DNA from: an uncultured Gemmataceae bacterium
GTDB lineage: Bacteria > Planctomycetota > Planctomycetia > Gemmatales > Gemmataceae
Direction: 5' to 3'
Assembly: GCA_963750165.1 (NCBI GenBank)
Contig: CAVVPN010000011.1
Location: 1,088,001-1,152,000 of the forward strand
DNA length: 64,000 nucleotides
A program made the translations under genes and the position numbers. Each line of letters starts with the position of its first letter. The first letter of the stretch is position 1. The notes beneath the pieces are model-generated. The model saw only the letters and a program-made list of their open reading frames with translations, was not told the DNA's origin and searched no databases. This document shows, piece by piece, positions 20,660 to 30,679 of this stretch.

Positions 20660-21263
20660 GGTTGGCCACCTCCGCGTCGATCCAGGCGGCGTGCCAGTCG
20701 TGCAGGCCGTCGTGGTGGAAGAGGGCGATCTGCTCCCGGTTGCTGTTGGTCCGCAGGTTGGCGGACCCCTCGAAGGTCAGTTTCCGGCCGTCGGCGAAGT
20801 GCAGGCACATCACCTTGCAGTGGTTGCGGGTGGCCGCCAGGCGGCATGCGCGGGCCTGCACCAACTCCCCGTGCCCGAACTGGTACTCCTCGGGGTTCTG
20901 CCGCCGGAAAAACGAGGAGCAGAGCAGCGTGAGAGCGACCACTTTGCCGGCGTCGATCAGGCCGGCCAGTTCGTAGACGTTGCGCTTGCTGAACGCCAGC
21001 ATTGCCACCCGCAGGCGGTCGCAGCGGACGGCGAACCTGTCCAGGACGACCATGAGCAGGGCGGTCAGGTCGTATCTGCCGGTCATGATGGCGTGGAGGG
21101 ACTCGCCCGGGGCGGGCAAGTGCGGCACGATCTCCGCCGCCTCGGCCAGCATGGCGAAGCGCTTCTGCCTGTCCCGGGCAGTGAACACGCCCGGCAGGGT
21201 GTCCAGGGCGCCCGGTGCGGGCTTGCGGCCGAAGCTCGGCGGCTTGATCTTGGAGAAGTCCAT
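20637..21263 (-). CDS. PLD/HKD-like protein (phage-type nuclease fold)
   Basis: NHCKV...EGSANL...N...EQ, i.e. the HxK...GSxN motif. Confidence 0.65.
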   Translation of the reverse strand: MDFSKIKPPSFGRKPAPGALDTLPGVFTARDRQKRFAMLAEAAEIVPHLPAPGESLHAIMTGRYDLTALLMVVLDRFAVRCDRLRVAMLAFSKRNVYELAGLIDAGKVVALTLLCSSFFRRQNPEEYQFGHGELVQARACRLAATRNHCKVMCLHFADGRKLTFEGSANLRTNSNREQIALFHHDGLHDWHAAWIDAEVANHAGEAQG

Positions 21264-21274
21264 CGGTGCTCCCC

Positions 21275-21427
21275 TCACGACCAGGATTGGCCGTTCTTGA
21301 ACCGGCCGGCTGGCCGCTTCTTGCCGGCGCCTTTGCCCCCACCCTTGGCGCCGCCCTTGGACTTCTTGGCGCCCTTGGCGTTGAAGCCGAAGCTGAAGTC
21401 ACCGATCTTGTCTTTGCTCTTGGCCAT
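21275..21427 (-). CDS. 50-aa Lys/Gly-rich basic protein (not in the ORF track)
   Basis: MAKSKDKIGDFSFGFNAKGAKKSKGGAKGGGKGAGKKRPAGRFKNGQSWS*; RBS GAGGAG. Confidence 0.65.
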   Translation of the reverse strand: MAKSKDKIGDFSFGFNAKGAKKSKGGAKGGGKGAGKKRPAGRFKNGQSWS

Positions 21428-21522
21428 GACTGCTCCTCGTTGTGAAAACCTCGTTGAGCGGCCCCGCGGGTCTTCTCGTAGGTCAAACGCCCCACATCGG
21501 GGCCGTCATCGCGTTCGGCGCT

Positions 21523-21759
21523 TCAATTGCTGTCCAGTGGCGGGCGGTTCCAAACCACCGCGCACCTGTCGCCGCAGCACACCAGGAAGCACGCCAGGCA
21601 ATAGCCGTGGCGCGGGTTGTAGTTGTAGGGCGGGTCTTCGTAGGTGAGTGCTTCTCCGAACCCATCGGGGCCACAGCCCACCACGGTGTGGTGCTGAATG
21701 CCTTCATCCCGGTCGTAGGGCTCGCCACAGCACCGGCAGATCAGAATGACAGCGCTCAT
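21523..21759 (-). CDS. Small Cys-rich putative Zn-binding protein
   Basis: CRCC...CLAC...CC; RBS AGGAG. Confidence 0.5.
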   Translation of the reverse strand: MSAVILICRCCGEPYDRDEGIQHHTVVGCGPDGFGEALTYEDPPYNYNPRHGYCLACFLVCCGDRCAVVWNRPPLDSN

Positions 21760-21800
21760 CTCCTGGGTCCTCCAGCAGTTCATGATTTCGGGTATTCATC

Positions 21801-24800
21801 TCAGCCGCCCCAGGTCGGGGCCGTCTTCACTTCCACCTCGACGGGCACCGGGTCGATCAGGGGCGCCATCGCGTCCACCATCGCCCGCTTGAGCCAGTCG
21901 GCCACCGTCGGCGCCTGGTCCTGGTCGCACTCCACCACGATCTCGTCGTGGACCGCCAGCACCGGGAAGGCGCCCGGCACCTCGGCACGGCGTTCCCAGA
22001 GCAGTGCCAGCGCCAACTTGAGGCCGTCCGCGCCCGTCCCCTGCACCGGGGTGTTGAGTTTTTCGGTGAATCGCGCGACGCCGCAACGACGCCGGCCTGC
22101 GAGGGTGCGCGTCTCGATGGCGTTCTTACCAGTGCGGCCCGCCTGGCGGTGCCAGCGCACCAGGCCGGGGTAGGCGGCAAAGAATGCCGAGCGGTACTGC
22201 TCCGCCTGTTCCGGGGTCAGCGTCAGGCCGTAGTTGCTGAGCGCATACAACTGGAACGTCTTCGCGCCCATGCCGTACAACAAGCCAAAATTAACGGCCT
22301 TCGCCAGCTGCCGGTGCTGCTTGGTGACTTCGGTGATCCCCATGACCTTCTGCGCGGTCAAGGTGTGCAGGTCGATGCCCCGCTGGTACGCCTCCAGCAT
22401 GGCCTTGTCGCCCGACACCTTGGCGGCGATGCGCAGCTCGACCTGGCTGTAATCGGCTTTCACCAGCACCCGGCCCGGCGGCGCCGCGAAGCAGCCGCGG
22501 TACTCGGGGCCGCGGGGCAGGTTTTGAAGATTCGGCGCCTTGCAGGCCATGCGGCCGCTGTCGGCCCCCAGTTGCTGCCACCCCGCGTACACGCGGCCGT
22601 CGCCGGAGACGTGCTTGAGCCAGTCGTCGCCGTAAGTACCGGCCTTCTTGCTGGCTGCCCGGTAGTCGCGCAGGAGGGCGGCGAGCGGGTGGTCGATGCC
22701 AGCCAAGGCGTCGTCGTCCGTGCTGGTGACCGTCACGCCCAGGCTCGCAAACACTTCCTGCGCCTGCTGGGGGCTCGACCAGTTCCAGGTGCTGCCGAAG
22801 TCGAGGACTTCCGGCTTGCCCGGCGCCAGGGCGTCCATTGCCGCCGCCAGCCGCTCGGCTTCGGCCTTCGCCTGTTGCGCCATCACCTGCCACCGCACTG
22901 CATCGAACGCCACGCCGGAGCAGGCCATCCAGACCACGGGCGGCAAACAGCGGCTCTCGATGGCGGCGGCCTGTTCCAATTTCGCGCCCTTGATCTTCAC
23001 GCGCAGCGCCCGGCACAGCGGCCCCAGCACGGCCGCGTCCGTCGCCGCGTAGGCCAACTGCTCGGGGGTGAGTACCGCCCGCGACCAGTCGGACTTCTGC
23101 TCGTCCTTGTCGATGGCCTTCCCCAGTTCACGCCGCACGCACGCTTCCAGGCTGTGGAATCCCCTGGGGTGTCGCGTGCCGTATAGCAACCGCGACAAGA
23201 GCATCGTGTCGTACACCGCGCCCGGCTCGAACCCCAACTGGCGCAGGAAGGCCAGGTCGAAGTACCCGTTGTGCGTGACGAGGATGGTCTGGGACAGGGC
23301 GGCGAACAACGGTTGCGGGTCCACGGCGGCGCAGTCCACCAGGTAGGTCAGGGAGCCCTCGACCGCCTCCACGTTCACCGACAGCAGCCGCAGTCGATCT
23401 GACCGGGGGTCGAGCCCGGTGGTCTCACAGTCCAGCCCCACCAGTTCGTTATCCGCGAGGGCGGTCAGGACGGCGCTGAGCCCGTCGGCGTCCGTGACGA
23501 GCATGTAGGGGTGTCCGACACCTGGGGTTTCGGGGGGCGTTGGGGCACTGACGCTGTCCTGGTCCTGGTGGCTGGCGGGTTCATTCGCCTGTTCCTCTGT
23601 CCGACGCCCGACACTTCCGACACTTCCCTGGTCCGTCTCCGCAGGTTGTTGCCCGGCTGCCGGTTGCGAACTGTCCTGTTTCGCGCCCCTTGAAGTGTCG
23701 GACGCTGAGCCAGGCGGTGCTGTCGGTGGCGCGGACGGGTTCTCCCCGCCGTCGTCCTCGTCGTCTCCACCCGAAGTGTCGGAAGTGTCGGGCGTCGGAT
23801 ACAGTTCCACGACTTTGATATTGCTAGCCTTCTTCCCAGAAGGGGGGTCGATCCAGCGGGCCACGCCGCCGTCCACAAGGACGCTCAGGGCGGCCTCTGC
23901 GTCCTCCCTGGTCGGGTACTTCTTGCTGTTGGCGCGCTGCAGTTCGCGGACGGTGATCCGCCCCCCGCGGGCCTGGATGAACTCGACCAGGCGGCGGGTG
24001 TCGCGCTGCTCCTCCGTCTCGGCCAGCGTCATGTAAATGCGCCGGGCCTCGTTGGCGAACCAGCGGCAGAGGGTGACGCCGGCCTCGACGCTCCTGGGGC
24101 TGACCTCCCGGCGGTCATCGACCTCCAGGTGGACGCAGGTGACGACGTGGTGCAGCAGGGCGAAGCGGGCGGCGTAGGCTTCGAGCTTGCTGTACGCGGC
24201 CGCCAGTTCGCCCTCGACGGCCATCTGCTCCTTGGCCCAGGCGTTGTAGAACGCTACCCAGTTCTCCTTGGCCTGCGGGTTCATGCGCAGGACGTGGGGT
24301 TGCTTCGGCCCGGTGTCCGCGTCGAAGTCCAACTCCAGCAGCCTGGCGATCACAGTCTGGTACGCCTGCTCGGTCTCCGGGGAGACATCGGCCTCGCTCC
24401 AACTCTTTTCCACCTTGGGGGGCATGGCCGCCAGCAGGCGGGCGGGCAGGCCGGAGTCGAAGGCGTCCGCGCCCAGGGCGCGGGCCAGGACGCCGGGCTG
24501 GATGCCGCCGACGACGGACACGGCGGCGCGGTCGATGAACAGCAAGGGCCGCTCGGGGTTCTTGCGGTCGATGACCGCCGTGCCGGCCCGGAAGAACTCC
24601 AGCCAGTTGGGCAGGTCGGAGCCGCCTCCCTTGCCCTTGTAGCGCGTGAAGCTGCCCAGCCAGCCGGACAGTTCGTCCCGCGCCATGAGTACCCCCCGCG
24701 GGTTTTCCTCCAGGACCACCCCCAATTTTTCAATGGTGGTGTCGCTGACGACGACCCGTCGCAGTTTCGGCTCCGCGGGCGGCTCCTCGTTGAAGTCCTC

Positions 24801-26066
24801 GCCGGCCTTCTTCGCCTTCGCCTTGCGGGACTTGTACTCAACCAGGGCGTCCTCGTAGGCTTCCTTCTCAGACTTGAACGACTCCAGCAGCTGCTTCTGG
24901 TGGCGGAACAGGAAGCCGACTGCTTTCTGAAAAGCTGGCGTCTTGAGCGTGCCGGAGTCGCCCACGATGGCGGCCCAGATGATGCACGGCTCCTCCCAGC
25001 TGCGCTTGAGCCGGAGCGACCGGGTGTTGCTGATGGTCGAGCCCACGGCCGCCAGCACGCATAGCGCCACGTACGCCGGGTCGCAGCGCAGGGCCTGGGC
25101 GCACTCGGTGACGTAGGCGCCCAGCGGCATCGGCAGCGCCTCAACCGGGAACGGCTGGAAAGGCGGCAGCGTCCGCACCCTGATCTTGGGCTTCGACCCG
25201 GCACCGTCGTTGCCGCTCGTCAGCCCCAGCCACTGCCGCACCCTGGTCGCCACCGCGCCGCCGGCGACGCCGAGCAGCTGCACCAGGCGCGGCCAGCCGG
25301 TGACCTTCTCGCCGTCCTCCACCTTGCGCTTCGCCGGGGCGGCCTTGCCTTCGCGCATGCGGACTTCCTCGTCGCCAGCGGCCAGGGCCACGGCGCCTAC
25401 GAACCGGGAAACGCGCTCGGCGTCCCAGTGGCGGGCCAGCGCGCCGCTCAGCGCCATGGCCGCCTTGTCACGGTTGCCTTGTCTCGGCCAATGGCGGGCC
25501 AGGAGCGCGGCCGCGGCGACTTCCCCCACGGCCTTCTGCAGGTCGTCCAGCGTTACGTTTCCCGGCTCGGTGAAGGACTCCCAGGCGATCTGTTCGCCGG
25601 TGTCCTTGTGCAGGCTGGGCGGGTAGACGGTCAGACCGCCGTCGCCGCGCAGCTCGCAGAGCATGGTGCCGTCGAGGTCGAGGTACTCTTGCTGCGCCTT
25701 GGGGAACGGGCGGTCCGCCGCGTAGATGTAGTGCGACAGCGGCGACGACGGGCGCCCGAAACGCCAGCCGGTGGGCGGGAGCAGGTGCGGGGCGACGGCC
25801 CGCGTCTCGGGGACGTCGAGGTCCACGTCCAGGCGGTTGCCGCTGGGGCTGCCGTTCAGGACGCCGACATTGCGGGGTTCGTGGCGCGGGAACCGTCCGT
25901 CAAGGTCGTCCGCAGTCAAGCGCAGGTGCTGCCAGTCGGGATAGCCGGGGTCTTTGCTGCGGGGTGGCAGCGGGATCGGGGCCAGGCCGCGCTGAACGTA
26001 CAACTCTGCGGCGTCGCGGACGTCCTTGGGGAAGGCGCCGTTGCGACTCGGGGTTGCAGTTGTCAT
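21801..26066 (-). CDS. Fusion of Prim-Pol primase, DUF3987 (YfjI-like) helicase, 3'-5' exonuclease and family A DNA polymerase
   Basis: N-terminal IPLPPRSKDP...NVGV...LDVDLD; GDSGTLKT and LMARDEL; exo DCETTGL, HNGYFD, YAATD; PolA DYSQVELR, AKAVNFGLLYG, VHDEI. Confidence 0.88.
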   Translation of the reverse strand: MTTATPSRNGAFPKDVRDAAELYVQRGLAPIPLPPRSKDPGYPDWQHLRLTADDLDGRFPRHEPRNVGVLNGSPSGNRLDVDLDVPETRAVAPHLLPPTGWRFGRPSSPLSHYIYAADRPFPKAQQEYLDLDGTMLCELRGDGGLTVYPPSLHKDTGEQIAWESFTEPGNVTLDDLQKAVGEVAAAALLARHWPRQGNRDKAAMALSGALARHWDAERVSRFVGAVALAAGDEEVRMREGKAAPAKRKVEDGEKVTGWPRLVQLLGVAGGAVATRVRQWLGLTSGNDGAGSKPKIRVRTLPPFQPFPVEALPMPLGAYVTECAQALRCDPAYVALCVLAAVGSTISNTRSLRLKRSWEEPCIIWAAIVGDSGTLKTPAFQKAVGFLFRHQKQLLESFKSEKEAYEDALVEYKSRKAKAKKAGEDFNEEPPAEPKLRRVVVSDTTIEKLGVVLEENPRGVLMARDELSGWLGSFTRYKGKGGGSDLPNWLEFFRAGTAVIDRKNPERPLLFIDRAAVSVVGGIQPGVLARALGADAFDSGLPARLLAAMPPKVEKSWSEADVSPETEQAYQTVIARLLELDFDADTGPKQPHVLRMNPQAKENWVAFYNAWAKEQMAVEGELAAAYSKLEAYAARFALLHHVVTCVHLEVDDRREVSPRSVEAGVTLCRWFANEARRIYMTLAETEEQRDTRRLVEFIQARGGRITVRELQRANSKKYPTREDAEAALSVLVDGGVARWIDPPSGKKASNIKVVELYPTPDTSDTSGGDDEDDGGENPSAPPTAPPGSASDTSRGAKQDSSQPAAGQQPAETDQGSVGSVGRRTEEQANEPASHQDQDSVSAPTPPETPGVGHPYMLVTDADGLSAVLTALADNELVGLDCETTGLDPRSDRLRLLSVNVEAVEGSLTYLVDCAAVDPQPLFAALSQTILVTHNGYFDLAFLRQLGFEPGAVYDTMLLSRLLYGTRHPRGFHSLEACVRRELGKAIDKDEQKSDWSRAVLTPEQLAYAATDAAVLGPLCRALRVKIKGAKLEQAAAIESRCLPPVVWMACSGVAFDAVRWQVMAQQAKAEAERLAAAMDALAPGKPEVLDFGSTWNWSSPQQAQEVFASLGVTVTSTDDDALAGIDHPLAALLRDYRAASKKAGTYGDDWLKHVSGDGRVYAGWQQLGADSGRMACKAPNLQNLPRGPEYRGCFAAPPGRVLVKADYSQVELRIAAKVSGDKAMLEAYQRGIDLHTLTAQKVMGITEVTKQHRQLAKAVNFGLLYGMGAKTFQLYALSNYGLTLTPEQAEQYRSAFFAAYPGLVRWHRQAGRTGKNAIETRTLAGRRRCGVARFTEKLNTPVQGTGADGLKLALALLWERRAEVPGAFPVLAVHDEIVVECDQDQAPTVADWLKRAMVDAMAPLIDPVPVEVEVKTAPTWGG
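23600..23799. repeat. Perfect 27-bp inverted repeat built of CCGACAC-like units inside the replicase linker
   Basis: TCCGACGCCCGACACTTCCGACACTTC (23600-23626) and its exact reverse complement (23773-23799); extra units near 23515 and 23692. Confidence 0.8.
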
Positions 26067-26251
26067 GGCTGGCCCTCCGCGCAGGCCAGCCCGTCCAGAG
26101 CGCCCAATTCCGCCAACAAATCCTCGGCGCGGTCGCGATCCAGGACGGGCCTCTTCTCGTGTCCGGTCCAGTAGGAGTGCCTCAAGAGGCGCCTGGCGTC
26201 GTCTGCTCCGACAATCTCGCTCAACTCGTCAAAGTCCGGGTAATCGCTCAT
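26063..26251 (-). CDS. Small hypothetical protein
   Basis: GGAGG RBS; stop overlaps the replicase ATG (ATGA). Confidence 0.55.
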   Translation of the reverse strand: MSDYPDFDELSEIVGADDARRLLRHSYWTGHEKRPVLDRDRAEDLLAELGALDGLACAEGQP

Positions 26252-26284
26252 AAGACGGCCCTCCATCTTTCTCGGCCGGGGCCG

Positions 26285-26653
26285 TCAGATGCCGAGTTTG
26301 TCCAACTCCGCGCCGGCGCGCTCGGCCGCCTTCAACCGCTTGCCGGGCGAACTCTGGCCCGGGGCCGATTCGCTGCTCGCCTGCGGGGTTTGAGCCTCAA
26401 GGAAACGTGCGAGGGCCATCGGGGTGCTGATGAACCGGCCGGCCAGTTTCATGGCCTCCAGCCGGACGCGGCCTCCCCCCAGAACCCTGACACCCTCCGT
26501 GACCCACCTGAAAACGCAACTGGGAGTCACGGCCTTGTCCTCTCGCGAGGGTGGCACCACTCTGGCGATCTGCCCCAGATATTTCCCGTGGCCGGCGGCA
26601 ATTTCCTCGGCCAACCGGCCGTCGGGCACGGTCGTACTCGTTAGCGCTGTCAT
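26285..26653 (-). CDS. DUF1580 DNA-binding (excisionase-like) protein
   Basis: V.PS.VFRW..GV....VRLEA.KLAGR..ST..AL.RF. Confidence 0.75.
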   Translation of the reverse strand: MTALTSTTVPDGRLAEEIAAGHGKYLGQIARVVPPSREDKAVTPSCVFRWVTEGVRVLGGGRVRLEAMKLAGRFISTPMALARFLEAQTPQASSESAPGQSSPGKRLKAAERAGAELDKLGI

Positions 26654-27031
26654 GTGGAACCTCGCACCTGGTCGCTCGTCTCCGCAACGCACGAGGGCGA
26701 GTGTGACACAGGCGCGCGTCCGGGAATTTCAAGGGGTTCGCGAAATAGCGAAGATGGCAAAACTATGAATGATAATGGTTTGCGGCAAAGACTGTCGAGA
26801 GACCGAGCTTCCGCAACAAATTTTTCTTGGCCGGGTTGCGCGGTGACGGGCTGGTGAATCTGAGTTTGTCCGCGGCGATGACGCCGTGCAGGTTGGGTCT
26901 GCCTGGATGACTGACCTTGAAACGGTTCTTGACGCCGCCTCTGATCGCCAGACAGAGTCGTTTAGCGGGGCTGCCTTGGATGGAAGAGAGATGGATGATT
27001 GGGCTTTGTTGCTGCTGTCCGCACAACCCGT

Positions 27032-28102
27032 TCAGGATGGCAGTATGTGGCCATCCTCGCGTTGTCGGCCAGAAAGCAGCTTCAAGGCTTTGTCAACGAA
27101 AGCTTCCGCACGCCGGGCCCGGTTACCCCAACCGAAGGCGACGTCGCAAACATTCGCCTGATTGTAAAAAATCCGCGCCGCCTTCGCGAGTGATTCGCCC
27201 GCGCCATCGAGATTCTGGGCGGCGCCGGCCACGAGCAGGTGTTGCTCCCTGGGTTTTGCAGCCAGGGTCTCTACCCTGGGCACCCGGGATGGGCGTGTCA
27301 GTCGAAAGATGTGTCGCAGCGAACCTTGCACCAGTTCCTCAATCGGCTCCGCGTTCTCAATCTCCAGTAAGAACCACATCGCGTCGTTAAGGGATGCTGC
27401 AGCCTGACGGAGCGACTTGTCCGCGGGGGAGATGCGTAGGTCTTTCTTTTTTCCAGGTTGCTTTGGCGGCGATGTCGGTTTGCCGAAGCCCGACGTGTTC
27501 ATGGAGTAGGTGCTTTCACCGCGCTTCACGTTCCGAATCTTCCTCGGTGCCTCGGGGTTCCCGTGCATCTGATCAAACTTCATTCGGATTCTCCGGACCA
27601 GCGTGTCGTGAGCGCCGCACCACGCGCCAATCTGCACGTTGGACAGTTCGTACCATTCTTCATCCCGCAACAGGGCGTCCACCGCGTATCGTACGGCCCT
27701 CAGCCGGTCGCGCGAACTCTGGTGTGCTTGTTTTTTGACGTTTACCTCGCACGCAAACGCGGCTGCGTTGAGGCGCGTGCCAGGCCGGATTTCGGCGTCA
27801 ACGTGAGGGCGGCCCGCACGGTGGTGCGCCGCCAGCCGGCGAAAGCCGTCCCCGAGCCAGTAGTTGTCCTCGGCGTCTTTGAACACGACCACTGGCTGGA
27901 GGTCGTCACCATCCAGCAGCGCATTCGCAAGCCGCTTCACGGACTCGTGGTGTATTTCCCGGACCTGCGTACTGCCCTGGGTGTTGATCCTTGAGATCGG
28001 CAACCTGATTCTGTGCGCACCGGCGGCCGTGGGCGTGTTCACCGGAATCTGTTGCCGAGCGGGCGCGCTGTTCCCGACCAGTTGCCGTTCGGGTGAGGGC
28101 AT
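27032..28102 (-). CDS. ParB/Srx N-terminal domain protein with HTH
   Basis: TQVR...LQPVVVF...YWLGDGFRRLAA...LSNVQIG..CG....V.RIR. Confidence 0.7.
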   Translation of the reverse strand: MPSPERQLVGNSAPARQQIPVNTPTAAGAHRIRLPISRINTQGSTQVREIHHESVKRLANALLDGDDLQPVVVFKDAEDNYWLGDGFRRLAAHHRAGRPHVDAEIRPGTRLNAAAFACEVNVKKQAHQSSRDRLRAVRYAVDALLRDEEWYELSNVQIGAWCGAHDTLVRRIRMKFDQMHGNPEAPRKIRNVKRGESTYSMNTSGFGKPTSPPKQPGKKKDLRISPADKSLRQAAASLNDAMWFLLEIENAEPIEELVQGSLRHIFRLTRPSRVPRVETLAAKPREQHLLVAGAAQNLDGAGESLAKAARIFYNQANVCDVAFGWGNRARRAEAFVDKALKLLSGRQREDGHILPS

Positions 28103-28263
28103 AATGACTTTCCTTGCGGCTGCGTTTCTCCCCTCGGGGATACGCGGCCTCGGTCGTGGAACGGCCGACCAGGAATCAGCCGGCGCACCAACACTTCATT
28201 GTTTACCATGCGGAAAAAGGGGACAAGCCCGGGAGTGCTCCCGGGCCTGTCGCCTCGCGAGTG

Positions 28264-29572
28264 TTACCCGATCTCCCGCATGATCTCCTGCGCCTTGTTC
28301 AAGTCCCGCTCCGCGTAAATCTGCGTCGTCTCGACCCGGGTGTGCCCGAGGACGACCTTCGCGGCCTCGACGCCGTACTTCGCCCGGAGCCATGTCGCCG
28401 CCGTGTGCCGCAGCTGGAGCGGGGACCACTCCGGCACCCCTGCCGCCTTGCACGCCCGCACCACCGCTTGCCTGTAACTGTGCCGGGTGTAGCGCTCGCC
28501 GGGTGAGCGCCTGGGTTTTACCTTCCGTTTCCGGGCCAGTTGGCTCGGCTGGCGTTTGCTCTTGCGCAGCGCGGCACGTTCGGCGCGTCGTTCTTCGACA
28601 TGGGCTTTCGGGGAGAACAGGTATTCCTCGACGTTGGTGCGCAGGAACGGGCGGAGAACTTCCTGGGCCTGTGGCCCCAGGTAAATGAATCGGTCCATGC
28701 CGCGGTGGCGGTTCTTGTGCTTGAACGGCGAATAGGTCCAGACCGGGCCGGTCGTGTTCAGGTCAATGCCGCGCATGACCATCACCTCGCCGGCCCGCAT
28801 GCCGGTCAGCAGCTGCAGCCGAACCATCGCCGCGATCGGCGCCGGCATCTTCGTCAACCCCGCCTCGACGACCTCGACGGCCACGGGCTTGACGCCCTCG
28901 GCCTCCGGGGACTCGCTACGCCCCTTTTTCAGACCGGGCACAGCAGCAATGGCACGGTAGACGGTTTCAGGAACCATCTCCTCGGCGACCGCCCAGCGGA
29001 ACAGGCGGACGATGTGGCCGACGCGCTGGTTGATGACGCCGCGCAACAGCGCCTTCTCGGAGCCGAGCAGTTCGCCGGGCAGCCACTTCTCTTTCCACAG
29101 CACCTCGCAGCACTTCGCGGTCTGGCGGAAGCACTGCTCCCGGAACCAGCGCTCCAGGGTTCTCTCTTCCTCGCCCACTTTGAGCTTGAAACGGACGAGG
29201 TAGCGCCTGGAGTCGGCCATCTTCTGACGCACGGCCTTCAACTTGAGCGGGGAGAATTCCGCCGCCGGGAGCAACCCGTACAGGGCCTTGAGGGGTCGGA
29301 GCGAGAAGCGGAGGTTGTCAATCTCGTGGGTCGGGTTGCCGTCCACGTCACGGTAGTGCTGCTCGGCCCACCGCCAGAAGGCAAGGACCATCTCGTTGAT
29401 GCTGACAGATTCGGGTTGCTCGGTCGGGACGGGTTGTAGGCGCCGGCCGGCGGCGAGCCATTCAGCGATCAGCTTGTCGTAGGCCAGGCGAACGGCTTCC
29501 GGCGGGTTCTTCTGGCCGTCGGGCCAGTGGCCGAGGTAGTGGTCTTTCCCGTTGAGGGTGACCACGCCCAGC
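28264..29572 (-). pseudogene. Tyrosine recombinase/integrase, 5' end truncated by IS21
   Basis: GMRAGE, QLRH, LGH, TQIY catalytic residues; N-terminus begins mid-motif (GVVTLNGKDHYLG) at the IS end. Confidence 0.85.
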
Positions 29573-29904
29573 TGGTAATCGGCAAGCAAAACGGACCCGC
29601 ATCGGCGAGCAAAATGGACCCACCTGGGTTCAGGGGTTCACTGCCGAGAGCAGGGGTTGTGAACCAGCCCCCGGGCATTGCTCTTGTTCTGTCTGAGCGC
29701 GGTTGCTACCTTTCGGCCGCCGGGTGAAACGGAGTCGGGCTCTGCGGGGACGCAACCCGACAAGGGATAGCCCGGCCGATGGTGTGCCGATGGCACTGGG
29801 CCCCTCGCTCCACGTTGGTGGGCGAGCGGGCCGCCACCGTCATCGGACACCGGAGTTATGCCTCCCAAAATCCACCTCCCCATCTCCGGCGGCTGCATGG
29901 TTGC

Positions 29905-30679
29905 TCACTCGCCCTTCCTGCTCTTCTTGCTTTTCATCGACTCCCGGAAGCGGAAGCTTTCGCCATTCATCTCGAAGATGTGGCAGCGGTGCGTCAGCCG
30001 GTCCAGCAGCGCCGCCGTCATGCGCTCCCCCTGGAATACCTGGCCCCACTCGCTGAACGCCAGGTTGCTCGTCACCAGCAGGCTCTTGCCGCTCGTAGCG
30101 GTCGGCGAACACCTGGAACAGCAGCTCGGCGCCCGACGCGACTGAACGACAGGTAGCCCAGCTCGTCGCAGATCAGCAGGTCGGTGCGGTCCAGCTGGGC
30201 CAGCACGCGGTCGAGCTGGTACTGCTTCTGCGCCTCCTCCAGGCGCGTCACCAGCGCCGCCGCCGTGCAGAAGCGCACGCGCTTGCCCTGCCGGCACGCG
30301 GCCAGGCCCAGGGCGATGGCCAGTGCGTCTTGCCGGTGCCGGGGCTGCCGATGAGGCAGACGTTGGTCCGCTGCTCGATCCACTCGCCGCGCGCCAGCTC
30401 CAGCACCTTGGGCTTGCTCAGGGCCGGCACGGCGGTGAAGTCGAAGGTGTCGAAGTCCTTGTGGACCGGGAAGTCGGCCTGGCGGATGCGTGCCTGCACG
30501 GCGTTGCTGGCGCGGGCCGCGACCTCCAGTTCCGTCAGGCGCAGCAGGTATTGCTCGTAGCCCTCATTGGCCTGGGCCGCCTCGCGGGCCAGCTTCTCGA
30601 ACTCGGCGTGCATCGTGGGCAGCCGCAGTTGCTTGAGGTTGCTCTTGAGCAGCAGTTGGGTGTTGGCGTTCGCGGTCAT
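29905..30679 (-). pseudogene. istB: IS21 helper ATPase IstB (frameshifted)
   Basis: LKQLRLP, GSPGTGKTH, LLICDELGY, TSNL.FSEW, AALLDRL, GESFR spread over three frames. Confidence 0.88.

Larger units (their letters stand above)
4880..29572 (-). mobile_element. Capsid-less integrative (satellite/PICI-like or defective prophage) element with defence cargo; left boundary approximate
   Basis: Co-oriented integrase, DUF1580, primase-helicase-PolA, TerS/TerL and restriction-like cargo; no capsid, portal or tail genes recognised. Confidence 0.7.
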
